From Halarcobacter sp. (GTDB taxonomy: Bacteria > Campylobacterota > Campylobacteria > Campylobacterales > Arcobacteraceae), in contig OY781089.1 in NCBI GenBank assembly GCA_963676565.1, positions 384,001-448,000 on the forward strand: a DNA stretch of 64,000 bases, given 5' to 3'. A model generated the notes under the pieces. That model ran no database searches. It was not told where the DNA came from and saw only the letters and a list, made by a program, of their open reading frames with translations. This document shows, piece by piece, positions 20,999 to 31,517 of the stretch; within the stretch, counting starts at the first letter, position 1, and each line of letters starts with the position of its first letter. The position numbers were made by a program, and so were the translations under genes.

Positions 20999-21622
20999 TT
21001 AATAAGACAATGGAGTCTTCTTGATTTTTTCATCTGCATCAGGAGATACAGCACCAAAACCAGGATACTCTTTTTGTTGTTTTAATTTATCAAGAGGAGT
21101 TAATAAATCCTCTTTTAAAACAAAGTGAGCTCTTTGCTCACTTGCATTTTCATATCTTCCACCATGAACAATTGCTAACTCAGGGCAAACCTCAGCACAA
21201 TATCCACAGAAAATACATCTACCCATATTGATTGTATACTCCATCACTTCTTTTCTAGAGTTTTCATCAATTTTTGTATCCATTCTAATACAATCAGCAA
21301 TACAGATTTTCTCACATAAACCACAACCAATACATCTGTTTTCACCAGATTCTAAAAGTCCAAGAAGTTTATGAACTGCTCTATATCTAGGTCCTAGAGG
21401 AGCCTTTTCAATTGGATATTGAATTGTATGCATCTCATTTTTAAATAATGCTCCAGTCATCATCTTCCAAACAATTTTCAAACCTCCAAAAAGTTCAAGT
21501 TTTACTGATCTTTTTGAAACTTGTTTAAATTGTTCCCAGGGAGTTTTTGGATAATCATCTTCTAAAACATTGATATAGTCTCCCATACTAATGTTTCTAT
21601 CTTTTAGTTTTTCTAAACTCAT
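20999..21622 (-). CDS. nuoI: NADH-quinone oxidoreductase subunit I
   Basis: Two 4Fe-4S motifs [11 protein letters not shown] and [12 protein letters not shown]. Confidence 0.96.
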   Translation of the reverse strand: MSLEKLKDRNISMGDYINVLEDDYPKTPWEQFKQVSKRSVKLELFGGLKIVWKMMTGALFKNEMHTIQYPIEKAPLGPRYRAVHKLLGLLESGENRCIGCGLCEKICIADCIRMDTKIDENSRKEVMEYTINMGRCIFCGYCAEVCPELAIVHGGRYENASEQRAHFVLKEDLLTPLDKLKQQKEYPGFGAVSPDADEKIKKTPLSY

Positions 21623-21631
21623 TCACGACTC

Positions 21632-22624
21632 CTAAAACATCATTACAAAACCAGTAATTAAGATATTAATCACTGCTAATGGCATTAAGATTTTCCAACA
21701 TAACCACATCAATTGGTCAGGTCTAATATGTGGCCAAGAAGCTCTTGTCCATAAAAAGAAGAAAATCAAAAACATAACTTTTAAAATAATTGCAAGTCCA
21801 CCAGGGATAAACCAAAGGTCGTTATATCCACCTAAAAACACTAATGAAATTAAGAAACATATTGTAAATAAGTTTGCATACTCACCAATAAAAAACATAC
21901 CCCATCTAAGACCTGAATACTCAGTTGCATAACCTGCAACAATTTCAGCTTCATGCTCTAAAAGGTCAAAAGGAGTTCTATTTGTTTCAGCAAATCCTGA
22001 AATAACAAAAAGAACAAAAGCTAAAGGTTGAGTCCAAATAAACCAATCTCCTAAACCTCCTGCTTGTGCATCGTTTATATCAATCAAAGATAAACTTCCA
22101 ACAATCATTAATGGAGCAAGTAAAGAAAGTCCAGATACAACCTCATAAGATAAAAGTTGAATAGCAGTTCTAGCACCACCAAGAAGTGACCATTTATTAG
22201 CACTACTCATACCACCTAGAAGTGGTCCATAAAGTCCAATAGAAGCAACCCCCATTACAAATAAAATACCAACATTTACATCTGAAATAATTGGTCTAAC
22301 TGTATATCCAAATAGTTCAAATTCAGGGAAAAAAGGAATTGCTGTCATAGCGATAAAAGCAGTTGCTGCTGTAATAATTGGTGCAATCATAAATACAGGT
22401 TTAGCTGCATTTTGTGGGATAAAGTCCTCTTTTGTAAAAAGTTTAATTCCATCTGCTGCAAGTTGTAAAACACCATGGGGTCCAACATGCATAGGTCCTA
22501 GTCTTCTTTGCATAAAAGCAAGAACTTTTCTTTCGATATATGTTGTAAAACCTGCTAATGCAGAAAATACTGCTAAAACTACTACAGCTTTTACAATGGT
22601 TTCAATAATAAATCCTGTCTCCAT
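21632..22624 (-). CDS. nuoH: NADH-quinone oxidoreductase subunit H
   Basis: ERKVLAFMQRRLGP, ADGIKLFTKE, AETNRTPFDL. Confidence 0.97.
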   Translation of the reverse strand: METGFIIETIVKAVVVLAVFSALAGFTTYIERKVLAFMQRRLGPMHVGPHGVLQLAADGIKLFTKEDFIPQNAAKPVFMIAPIITAATAFIAMTAIPFFPEFELFGYTVRPIISDVNVGILFVMGVASIGLYGPLLGGMSSANKWSLLGGARTAIQLLSYEVVSGLSLLAPLMIVGSLSLIDINDAQAGGLGDWFIWTQPLAFVLFVISGFAETNRTPFDLLEHEAEIVAGYATEYSGLRWGMFFIGEYANLFTICFLISLVFLGGYNDLWFIPGGLAIILKVMFLIFFFLWTRASWPHIRPDQLMWLCWKILMPLAVINILITGFVMMF

Positions 22625-22625
22625 A

Positions 22626-25136
22626 TTACGCCTTTTTTATTACAGCTTTACTGTATCTATATTCCTCAAATAAACTTTTAGTAGCTAAATCTTTTTGGAA
22701 GGTTGAAACATATGCAATTTCACCATCAATTTGTTCATCACAATAAGCATTTAACTCTAAAGAAGTTCCATTTGAAGAAACATTAACCTTGTCACCTTTT
22801 TCTAATCCAAGTTTTTCAAATAATGATTTTGAAGCAAAAAATCCAGATTCTAAATCTTCTACAAACTCATGGGCAATTGATGTAAACTCATTGAATTGAT
22901 TTATTGGATTAGCTCTATAGATAATCATTTCATCTTCATTTAAATCTAAAGTTTTACTTGTAGCCTCATCTAACTCTTCAACAATAAAAGAACTATTTAT
23001 ACCCTCTTGAAGTTTTTTCTCTTCAACAATTTCAACAGGTAAAATATCATATCCTCTATATTCAACTCTATTGTTTCCAAAATGGTTTGATAATTTGTCA
23101 AAATGGATGGCACTGAAACCTTTTTTCTCAGGTAGTTCGATTGTATATTCGATTGTATATTCAACATCCGTATCAAGTACAGCATTTGCAATATCATTTA
23201 AAACATAACCTTTATAGCCAATTGCAACATTTGTTGGAATCACTTTTTTATCAATATTTGTGAAAGTTCCCTCTTGCTGATTTAATGCAGGCATATCTAA
23301 ATCACCATCGCCTAAGGCACTAATTTGGAAGTCTGCTTTTTCGTTGTATCCAACTGAATACCCACTTGCATCTTCTTCTAAATCACAAAGTAAACTAACT
23401 CCAAGTGTATTTGTTTGGCTAGGGATAATTACAATATCAAAATCTGTAAATCTATCAATTAAACCACAAAGTTTTGCTAAGTTTTCAGCTTTTGGATGAG
23501 TATATAAATCCTCCCCAACCATTAATGAGAATTTATCTTTTTTAGCTAATAAAACATCAATAGCATCTAGTAGCGTTTCATCTTTACCTATATTTTCAAG
23601 TAATTTTGTAAACTCAAATTCTACTTCTTTTGAAACTTTTTTAGGAACTACTTTTTTAACTTCTTTTTCTTCACCTGTTTCTTCATCTTTTACTATATTA
23701 ACAACAGTCTCTTTTACTGTTTCAGTAATAGTTTTTGTTCTTGTTTCTTTTAAACTATCAAGGTATGTTTGAACATTTTGAGGTAGGTCTTTTCCAAACT
23801 TATCCAAAATCAGATATAAAATTGATTCTTCACAAAGTGGTTTATGGTAAACAAACTCTGTTGTTTTACCTTTTTTCCCAATCTTTTCTATAACTGGGTC
23901 AGCTATTGGATGAAAATAAATTCCTGCCCCTTTATTCATAATCACTGAATTATTAAAAGCATATCTTGCATTTGGTAAGTCTGATTTTAGATATGACCCT
24001 ACTGAGATTACAAAGTTTGAATCATGAACATCTTTTAATGTTGAGCTATATAAAGATTGACCTGAAGTGCTTGAATAATTTTCTAAGAATTTTTTATAAT
24101 TATATGCATCTTTATTTACAAGTTTTGCACCAGTTTTTGAAGCAATTTTTTGTAAAATAAAAGCTTCTTCATTTGTAATATATGAATTAAACTTTATAAC
24201 TTCTGCTTTTTTGAAAGCTTCAACAGCATTGTTAAAAGCTTCCTCATCTTTACCACCAACTTTATTTTCAAAATCGTAAGCAAATCTTGCTGCACCATTT
24301 AAAGTTGAATAATGATGTTCATTTGTAACTCTATAAATTTTTTCATCTGAGTTTTCAATTGATTCATGTTTTGTTTCATAATACATAAAAGCACAATCAC
24401 TTGAATGTGGGTTTGCTGCTGGAATTTTATTTAACTCCCATGCATTTGATTTATATTGAAAATCTGCACTTACAAGTGCTCCAACTGGACAAACAGAGAT
24501 ACATTCACCACAGTCTGTACAATTTTCTTCTTCAAATCCAATAAGTGATTTATTAAGTTTATTCCACATCGAATACGCATCTTTAGGCATAGTATCTTTG
24601 AATACTTTATCAATACCATCTGAGTCTCTTTTTACAGTACTTAAAGCATTTGAACCAATCATATCTTTACATACTGTTACACATTTTTCACAAACAATAC
24701 AAAGTCCAGGGTCATATTTCATTACTCCCCAAACTGCTGCTGGTCTATCAACATCTTTTATAGTATAGTTTTGAGAATCTACTTTCATGTATAATGAGTA
24801 ATTTTGAAGTTCACACTCACCACTTTGATCACAAACTCCACATTGTAAAGGGTGATTTACATCGTAAACTTCCATTATTGCTCTTCTTTCTTTAGCAATA
24901 TTTTCAGTTTGAGTTAAAACATTTATTCCCTCTTTTACTTTTGTATTACATGAATAGGCTTGTTTCCCATCTATGTCAACAAGGCAAAGTCTACATGCTA
25001 AAGTTGGAGAACATCTAGTTAAGTAACAAACAGCTGGGATAAAAATATCATTTGCCCTTGCTACATTTAAAATATACTCACCCTCTTTAGCTTGAACACT
25101 CTTTCCGTCTATTGTTAATGTAATTAAATCACTCAT
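22626..25136 (-). CDS. nuoG: NADH-quinone oxidoreductase subunit G
   Basis: ACRLCLV, HPLQCGVCDQSGECELQ, CIVCEKC, CTDCGECISVCPVGAL. Confidence 0.96.
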   Translation of the reverse strand: MSDLITLTIDGKSVQAKEGEYILNVARANDIFIPAVCYLTRCSPTLACRLCLVDIDGKQAYSCNTKVKEGINVLTQTENIAKERRAIMEVYDVNHPLQCGVCDQSGECELQNYSLYMKVDSQNYTIKDVDRPAAVWGVMKYDPGLCIVCEKCVTVCKDMIGSNALSTVKRDSDGIDKVFKDTMPKDAYSMWNKLNKSLIGFEEENCTDCGECISVCPVGALVSADFQYKSNAWELNKIPAANPHSSDCAFMYYETKHESIENSDEKIYRVTNEHHYSTLNGAARFAYDFENKVGGKDEEAFNNAVEAFKKAEVIKFNSYITNEEAFILQKIASKTGAKLVNKDAYNYKKFLENYSSTSGQSLYSSTLKDVHDSNFVISVGSYLKSDLPNARYAFNNSVIMNKGAGIYFHPIADPVIEKIGKKGKTTEFVYHKPLCEESILYLILDKFGKDLPQNVQTYLDSLKETRTKTITETVKETVVNIVKDEETGEEKEVKKVVPKKVSKEVEFEFTKLLENIGKDETLLDAIDVLLAKKDKFSLMVGEDLYTHPKAENLAKLCGLIDRFTDFDIVIIPSQTNTLGVSLLCDLEEDASGYSVGYNEKADFQISALGDGDLDMPALNQQEGTFTNIDKKVIPTNVAIGYKGYVLNDIANAVLDTDVEYTIEYTIELPEKKGFSAIHFDKLSNHFGNNRVEYRGYDILPVEIVEEKKLQEGINSSFIVEELDEATSKTLDLNEDEMIIYRANPINQFNEFTSIAHEFVEDLESGFFASKSLFEKLGLEKGDKVNVSSNGTSLELNAYCDEQIDGEIAYVSTFQKDLATKSLFEEYRYSKAVIKKA

Positions 25137-25951
25137 TATGCATCAACCTTTTCAATCTTTACTTGTTTATACCTATAACCTTGAGATAAGCTACTAGAAT
25201 CTTCAGTATCCATTGCACATAAAGCAATGGTTCCATATAAATCTTTATTAACTGAAAATTTTCTTCTAATCTTTTCACCATTAAAATTTATATATATTTC
25301 ATCACCATCTTTTACTTTTGCAATTCTCTCAAAAGATGCACTTCCAACTAAAGTATCAGTATTTTCTTCCCCATAAAGTCTATAAATTACAGTTCCATTA
25401 TATGAGTGTAATTCTTCAGGTTCTTCTAAAGATTCATCAGAAAGTTCATCTAAAATATCTTGATACTCTTTTTCTAAACAAACTATTTTTAAATCAGAAA
25501 ACTTTCCTATCGCAGATAAGATTTTTGTAATATTTTTTACTCTTTCATGGGAAAATATATCTCTTCCAATAATCAATGTTTTATTAGTCTTTGAGTTTGT
25601 TCTTTCAAAAGCTTCTTCAAACTCTTCTTCCCCTGCAGAACTTTCAGCAGAGATATAACCAATATCTAAATCATCTATATAATTTTGAACTTTTTCATCA
25701 CTACTTTTTACAAAAGTGTCTAATAAAAGTGAAGCAATACCCTCTTCACTACCAACTTCATATTTTATAAACTGTGAATAGTAAACTTTTAAATCAATAT
25801 TATCGATTGGATGCATATAAACAAATTCTGCTGTATTTTTAGCAATTGCTTCGATAATAGCTTCTTGAATCTCAATATTATCTGCTGCTAAAAATGAACC
25901 AAAAGTGATGATATAATCACTTTTTGAAATAATCTCTTTTATATTTTCCAT
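25136..25951 (-). CDS. Campylobacterota complex I subunit replacing NuoF (NuoY-like); resembles the NuoG C-terminal region
   Basis: Occupies the nuoF position; no FMN/NADH or Fe-S motifs; visible similarity to NuoG. Confidence 0.75.
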   Translation of the reverse strand: MENIKEIISKSDYIITFGSFLAADNIEIQEAIIEAIAKNTAEFVYMHPIDNIDLKVYYSQFIKYEVGSEEGIASLLLDTFVKSSDEKVQNYIDDLDIGYISAESSAGEEEFEEAFERTNSKTNKTLIIGRDIFSHERVKNITKILSAIGKFSDLKIVCLEKEYQDILDELSDESLEEPEELHSYNGTVIYRLYGEENTDTLVGSASFERIAKVKDGDEIYINFNGEKIRRKFSVNKDLYGTIALCAMDTEDSSSLSQGYRYKQVKIEKVDA

Positions 25952-25953
25952 CT

Positions 25954-26220
25954 CTACTCTTCACTACTTTCTTCAATTGTTTTTTCTTCAGGTTTTACTT
26001 TTTTAACTACAATAGTCCAATCAACTTCATTGAACTTCAAAGAGTTCATTAAAGTGTATCCTGCTTCATAAATCACATCTGCACTTTTTTGAACACAAGA
26101 GAAATCTCCAATTTCAAAAAGGAAAATTGCATTCTCACCTGTTTTTATATCTTTATCCATAAGTTCTAACATTCTGTCATAGAAGTTATCTTTTAATGGT
26201 CTTAAATCATATCTTTTCAT
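25954..26220 (-). CDS. Campylobacterota complex I small subunit replacing NuoE (NuoX-like)
   Basis: MKRYDLR...IFLFEIGDFS...LMNSLKFNEVDWTIVVKK; nuoE position; no 2Fe-2S cysteine motif. Confidence 0.8.
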   Translation of the reverse strand: MKRYDLRPLKDNFYDRMLELMDKDIKTGENAIFLFEIGDFSCVQKSADVIYEAGYTLMNSLKFNEVDWTIVVKKVKPEEKTIEESSEE

Positions 26221-26235
26221 TTATAACTCCTATAC

Positions 26236-27465
26236 TTAACGGTCAATTTCACCAAATACAATGTTTAAACTACCAACCATAGTTACAACGTCAGCTAATT
26301 GGTGTCCAGGTAATAAGTCTTCAAAAATTCCTGTATGCCAAAAAGATGGAGCTCTTAATTTCATTTTATATGCATAGGGACTTCCATCACTAACAACCAT
26401 ATATCCTAATTCACCCTTTGGTGATTCTGTAGCAACATAAATCTCACCTTTAGGTGGTCTCATTCCTTGAGTTACTAAAACAAAGTGTTGCATTAATGAA
26501 TAATTTTGAGTCATAATATCTTCTTTTGAAGCTGAGATATATTCTGGTGCATTAGCCATAAGTTCACACTTACTTTCTTTGTACATAGGAATTAATTGTC
26601 TTAAAATCTTTGAAGATTCTCTCATCTCTTGCATATAACATTTATATCTTCCATAAGAATCACCCGTTGAAGCAACAGGAACATCAAAATCTAACTCATC
26701 ATAAAGTCCATAAGGCATCTCTTTTCTTAAATCCCATTTGATTCCAGAACCCCTTAAAACAACACCTGAACATGCCCAAGTTTTTGCTAATTCAGGAGAT
26801 ATAGTTCCAACATTTTCAAGTCTCATTCTCCAGATTCTATTTTCTGTTAAAAGTCCTTCATATTTTTCAATCTCTACTTCTAAGATTTGTAAAAAGTTCT
26901 CAAGTTTTTCACACCAATCTTCTGGTAAATCTAAAGGAACTCCACCTATTCTAACTGCACTATGAGTAAGTCTTGCTCCACAATAATCTTCAATTAAATC
27001 CATTGCGAATTCTCTTTCCCTAAAGGCATATAGGAAAACAGACATAGCTCCTACATCAAGAGCATGGGTTGCTAACCAAAATAGGTGAGAAGTTAATCTA
27101 TTAAGTTCTAAAAGCATAGTTCTAATAATCTCAGCTCTTCTTGGAGCTTCTATTCCTAAAAGCTTCTCAATAGCTAAGGCATAACCATAATTGTTTGAAG
27201 TTGAAGCGATATAATCCATTCTATCTGTTGTTGGTAAGAATTCATTATAAATCATATTCTCACCCATTTTCTCCATACCTCGATGAAGATATCCAACACC
27301 AGGTCTTGCTTTTACTACCTCTTCCCCTTGAAGCTCTAACATCAATCTCATTTGTCCATGAGAAGATGGGTGTTGGGGACCGAAGTTAACAATCATTGTA
27401 TTATCTTCAGTTTCAAAATGAATATTCTCAAAAAAAGGTTTTAATCTATTTGCTACTTGACTCAT
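26236..27465 (-). CDS. nuoD: NADH-quinone oxidoreductase subunit D
   Basis: [34 protein letters not shown]. Confidence 0.97.
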   Translation of the reverse strand: MSQVANRLKPFFENIHFETEDNTMIVNFGPQHPSSHGQMRLMLELQGEEVVKARPGVGYLHRGMEKMGENMIYNEFLPTTDRMDYIASTSNNYGYALAIEKLLGIEAPRRAEIIRTMLLELNRLTSHLFWLATHALDVGAMSVFLYAFREREFAMDLIEDYCGARLTHSAVRIGGVPLDLPEDWCEKLENFLQILEVEIEKYEGLLTENRIWRMRLENVGTISPELAKTWACSGVVLRGSGIKWDLRKEMPYGLYDELDFDVPVASTGDSYGRYKCYMQEMRESSKILRQLIPMYKESKCELMANAPEYISASKEDIMTQNYSLMQHFVLVTQGMRPPKGEIYVATESPKGELGYMVVSDGSPYAYKMKLRAPSFWHTGIFEDLLPGHQLADVVTMVGSLNIVFGEIDR

Positions 27466-27470
27466 TTTTC

Positions 27471-28280
27471 TTACCTCTTCTCATCTAATGTAATTGATTC
27501 TTTTTCATCAAGTTTTTTGATAATTGGGATTCCACCCTCTTCTTGATAAGCTAGTGGAGTATGTTCTGGTTCTTTCCCATCAGTAATATCAACTCCATAT
27601 GGAACCTCATGACCAAGTCGTGAGAATCTTTGAGTATCATATCTATCAACTTTTGCACAATCTCTTTGTTCTGGTCCAATCACATCTCTATATTCTTTTC
27701 CAAAAATTTTATCAACTTCATACCATTGAGCTGATTCATCTCCTGTTAAAGGATATGTTTTTCTAAGTGGATAATCGTACCAATCATCAGGCATAATAAT
27801 TCTTTTCATATTTGGATGATTAGTGATTTTAACTCCATACATATCATACATTTCTCTTTCTGCCCAATTAGCCATCTTAAATACACTATAAACAGATTCA
27901 ATAGGTTGCTTTTGTCTAATAAAAGTTTTTACTCTTAATCTTTTTCTTTTTGACATTGATAACATCTCATAAAAAATTTCAAAGCCACCAAGGCTAGCAA
28001 TATAATCAATTGCCGAAATTTCCATACACATGTCATATTCTAAGTTTTCTTTTAAAAACTCTAAGACCTTTACATTGTCTTGGGCATTTATATGAATAAC
28101 CAACTCTTCAATCTCAATATAAGATTTTGAAATCTCAAATTTTTCATTTAAACTTTCAATATCTTTTGCATAAATTTCATCACTTGAAGGTTCAAATTTT
28201 GGAGTTTGTGGAGCCACATAAAATCTATCATTAAAATACGATTTCTTTTGTACATCATTTTTAGGTGTATATTTTCTCAT
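27471..28280 (-). CDS. nuoC: NADH-quinone oxidoreductase subunit C
   Basis: [34 protein letters not shown]. Confidence 0.95.
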   Translation of the reverse strand: MRKYTPKNDVQKKSYFNDRFYVAPQTPKFEPSSDEIYAKDIESLNEKFEISKSYIEIEELVIHINAQDNVKVLEFLKENLEYDMCMEISAIDYIASLGGFEIFYEMLSMSKRKRLRVKTFIRQKQPIESVYSVFKMANWAEREMYDMYGVKITNHPNMKRIIMPDDWYDYPLRKTYPLTGDESAQWYEVDKIFGKEYRDVIGPEQRDCAKVDRYDTQRFSRLGHEVPYGVDITDGKEPEHTPLAYQEEGGIPIIKKLDEKESITLDEKR

Positions 28281-28789
28281 TACACTAACCTTTTTTTCTT
28301 CATACTTTTAAACGCTCTTTCTCTTCTTATTTTCTTTTGAAGCATCATTAGTGCATATTGAAGTGTTTCAGGTCTAGGAGCACATCCAGGAAGATAAATA
28401 TCCACAGGTATAACTCTATCAACACCTTGAACTGTTGCATAGGTATTAAACATCCCACCTGTATTTGCGCATGATCCCATTGAGATAACCCATTTTGGAT
28501 CAGGCATTTGGTCATATAACCTTCTCATAAATTCTGCGTGTTTTTTTGTTAAAGTTCCTGCAACAATAATACAATCTGATTGTCTTGGAGAGGCTCTAAA
28601 GATTGTCCCAAATCTATCAAAGTCATATCTTGAAGCTCCCGTTGCCATCATCTCAATAGCGCAACAAGCAAGACCATATGTCATTGGCCAAACTGAATTT
28701 GATCTACCCCAATTTACAACCTTGTCAATAGTCGTAAGTGCAATAGGTGCACCCCCATCTTTAAAATAGTTTACTTTATGCTGTGCCAT
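28280..28789 (-). CDS. nuoB: NADH-quinone oxidoreductase subunit B
   Basis: [35 protein letters not shown]. Confidence 0.97.
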   Translation of the reverse strand: MAQHKVNYFKDGGAPIALTTIDKVVNWGRSNSVWPMTYGLACCAIEMMATGASRYDFDRFGTIFRASPRQSDCIIVAGTLTKKHAEFMRRLYDQMPDPKWVISMGSCANTGGMFNTYATVQGVDRVIPVDIYLPGCAPRPETLQYALMMLQKKIRRERAFKSMKKKRLV

Positions 28790-29160
28790 TCAAGAGCTCC
28801 TTTTTTCCATGCGTAAACAAATCCAATAGTCAATAATAAAATAAAAAGAATCATCTCAACAAACCCAAACCAACCTAAGACTTTAAAGTCTATTGCCCAT
28901 GGGAACATAAAGATAATTTCAATATCAAATAATATGAATAAAAGTGCCATCAAGTAAAACTGTACAGATATACTACTTGGCTGTTTAGTAACTTCAGGTC
29001 CACACTCATAAAGAGTTGACTTTAGTTTTTCAGTATCAAGCCTCGCTAACTTTCTTCCTATTCTTCTTGCAATCTCAACAACTACAATGAAAGCCCCAAA
29101 TGTAAGTACAAACATAAAAAATGCACCGAAATAGGGATGAGAGAACTCCATATGCGTCAT
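28771..29160 (-). CDS. nuoA: NADH-quinone oxidoreductase subunit A
   Basis: [29 protein letters not shown]. Confidence 0.96.
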   Translation of the reverse strand: MTHMEFSHPYFGAFFMFVLTFGAFIVVVEIARRIGRKLARLDTEKLKSTLYECGPEVTKQPSSISVQFYLMALLFILFDIEIIFMFPWAIDFKVLGWFGFVEMILFILLLTIGFVYAWKKGALEWHSIK

Positions 29161-29354
29161 CTTTAATCCTTCATTAATTTTAAAAATTACTTTTAATGAT
29201 AATATCCAATCTCCTATAAAGTAAGTCTTAATATAAGAGATTGTTATATCGTTAAGTAAATCTTTTTAATACATAAGTTTATATTATTAAGAAATTCAAT
29301 TAAGTTAATTTTAATACAGTGATATAATAATAGAATGAGAATTAAGTAATTCTT

Positions 29355-29380
29355 AAGTGGGTTTTAGAAAAATCCCACTT
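29355..29380 (-). terminator. Hairpin overlapping the AAA ATPase stop
   Basis: AAGTGGG...CCCACTT inverted repeat. Confidence 0.5.
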
Positions 29381-31103
29381 TATTTTCAGAATCAAATTGA
29401 CCCTTCTTCTCTTTTTCAATTTGTTCTTCAAATGCCTTAACAGTAAAAATAGGCTCTTCATTTACAGCAATTCTAAATGCTGTATTTTTAATTACCATCT
29501 CAATCTGACCACCAGTTAACTCGTGTTTTGCCAAAACTTTTATATCAAATTTTTCATCCAAAGGTAGTTTTTCTGGTAATAGTTTCTCCCATAAGTCTAC
29601 TCTTTGTTCAAAATTTGGTTTCTTAAATTCAATCTTATAGTTAAATCTTCTTGAAAAAGCTTTATCAAGAGATTCAAGTAAATTTGTAGTTGCAATTAAT
29701 ATTCCATCGAACCTTTCTATCTGTTCTAAAAATATATTTTGCATCTGATTATGCATCTTTTCGCTACCACTAGTGCTTGAAGTTGTTCTAGAACTTAGAA
29801 ATTGGTCTGCTTCATTTAGTAACAAAATTGGTTCCGTTTTACTTTTTTCTCTTAATTCATAATATTTATCAAAAATTGCTCTTACGTTTTTTTCACTTTC
29901 ACCCACATACATTGATAAAACCTTTGAACAATCAAAACTAAGAACCTGTCTTTTTAAACTCTTTGCAAGGGCTAAAGCAGTCAATGTTTTACCAGTTCCT
30001 GCAAATCCATAAAAAATAATCCTTGCTTCGATACCACTTTTTTTATCTTTTAATCCCCATTGTTTTAGTCGATTAAAAACTGTTTTATCCATCTGTTTTA
30101 AAAGTGAATTTAATATTTCTCTTGTTTTTGTATTTAAAACTACATCATCTAAAGATTTACTTGTAGAGATAAGTTCAAAGGTATTTTGCTCATTAATTAG
30201 CGATTCTAATTTAACTTTTCTATTCCTTGACTTTTTCTGATTAGGATTTGGATGAGAGATTTTATATAACACATCTTCTGGGATATAGAAATTTCTATTA
30301 ATCCCACCAAATGGGGTTAAAACCTCATCATAATCAACTAAACCATTTGAAATTAATTTTGAACTTTCTTCAAGTAAGCTTCTGTATTTAATTTTTTCAT
30401 AATCATCACTTGATACAAGTTCAATTAGTGAGTTCATATCTCTAATTGTTCCATCACCACCTGAATATTCCTCTTTTAAAAGTGCTAAAAACAACATCTG
30501 TTCTTGTTCATTTAAATCATTAGATTTAAAGAAATCTTCAATCATAATCTCATTACTTGTTTCTTTTAATCTATCTCTAATTCTATTTTCAAGAAGTGTT
30601 AGTTTTGTTTTTAATCTATTAATATTTGGTGAATTTTCATCAAAATTTCTCTTTACCAAATTTAATTGTTGTGCTAAATCAATCTTAAAGAATTGGTCTT
30701 GTAAATACTCTAAATGATCTGCATAACTTTTTACTTCAGGTAAAACAAACTCTAAAGAACCTTTTTCAAGAAGTTTTAAATATGCAGGAGATAAAGTAAC
30801 TGCTGAATTTAAAAGTTCAAGCCTAGACATATCACTTAGTTTTATATGGTCAAAACTATTTTGAACTAACCAACCAAGTCCCAATAAGGATTTTATTTTT
30901 TCAACATGATGAAGGTGTTCAAAGTTTTTTACATCGTAAAATTCTGCTAGTATGTCAATAACTATTAAAGTTTCCCTTCCTGTTGTATACTCTTTTGTAA
31001 TATATTGTAAAATTTTTGCTTCTTCATTAGAGCATTTTAGATGTTTGAAAAATGTAGTATCTTCTACATTTTTAGCTTTTATAAAATCAATAATCTCATT
31101 CAT
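29364..31103 (-). CDS. AAA+ family ATPase
   Basis: Walker A GFAGTGKT, SMYVGESEKN, Walker B-like LLLNEAD, LDKAFSRRF. Confidence 0.9.
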   Translation of the reverse strand: MNEIIDFIKAKNVEDTTFFKHLKCSNEEAKILQYITKEYTTGRETLIVIDILAEFYDVKNFEHLHHVEKIKSLLGLGWLVQNSFDHIKLSDMSRLELLNSAVTLSPAYLKLLEKGSLEFVLPEVKSYADHLEYLQDQFFKIDLAQQLNLVKRNFDENSPNINRLKTKLTLLENRIRDRLKETSNEIMIEDFFKSNDLNEQEQMLFLALLKEEYSGGDGTIRDMNSLIELVSSDDYEKIKYRSLLEESSKLISNGLVDYDEVLTPFGGINRNFYIPEDVLYKISHPNPNQKKSRNRKVKLESLINEQNTFELISTSKSLDDVVLNTKTREILNSLLKQMDKTVFNRLKQWGLKDKKSGIEARIIFYGFAGTGKTLTALALAKSLKRQVLSFDCSKVLSMYVGESEKNVRAIFDKYYELREKSKTEPILLLNEADQFLSSRTTSSTSGSEKMHNQMQNIFLEQIERFDGILIATTNLLESLDKAFSRRFNYKIEFKKPNFEQRVDLWEKLLPEKLPLDEKFDIKVLAKHELTGGQIEMVIKNTAFRIAVNEEPIFTVKAFEEQIEKEKKGQFDSENKVGFF

Positions 31104-31453
31104 TAATTTATTTTTTCCTTTAAACTTTTATAAAATTTGTCCATATTCTTTTTTTCTTTGAATCTTATAGTGTAGCTGTTATTTATAATAATAGCCATAT
31201 TGTTTTTTTCTATATTTTTTATTTCATTTAATTTATATATAGTTTTATTTTTTTCTAAATCAACATTAAAACTATTTGAAATTTCCATAATTTCATCTTC
31301 ACAAACCCCTTTATAAGACCCCTTAGAGTAAATGATATTTTGACAGTTTTTTGATTTAAAATAGTTTTCTATTGTTTGTAAATTTGAATTATCCATTACA
31401 TTCAATACAATTACCACTAAAGCTATAAAACCAAAAACCACCAAAAAAATCAT
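31103..31453 (-). CDS. Hypothetical membrane-anchored protein
   Basis: N-terminal hydrophobic helix, AAGGAG RBS, TAATG coupling to the AAA ATPase. Confidence 0.75.
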   Translation of the reverse strand: MIFLVVFGFIALVVIVLNVMDNSNLQTIENYFKSKNCQNIIYSKGSYKGVCEDEIMEISNSFNVDLEKNKTIYKLNEIKNIEKNNMAIIINNSYTIRFKEKKNMDKFYKSLKEKIN

Positions 31454-31517
31454 TTCTTTAACTCCTTAAAACAAAGAATATATTATTATATTACAACAAA
31501 GTCATTGAAGGTTAACC

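Noticed and set aside
25136..26220. True nuoE/nuoF or their pseudogenes
   Set aside because: Intact ORFs lacking 2Fe-2S, FMN and NADH motifs; they match the known Campylobacterota replacement subunits
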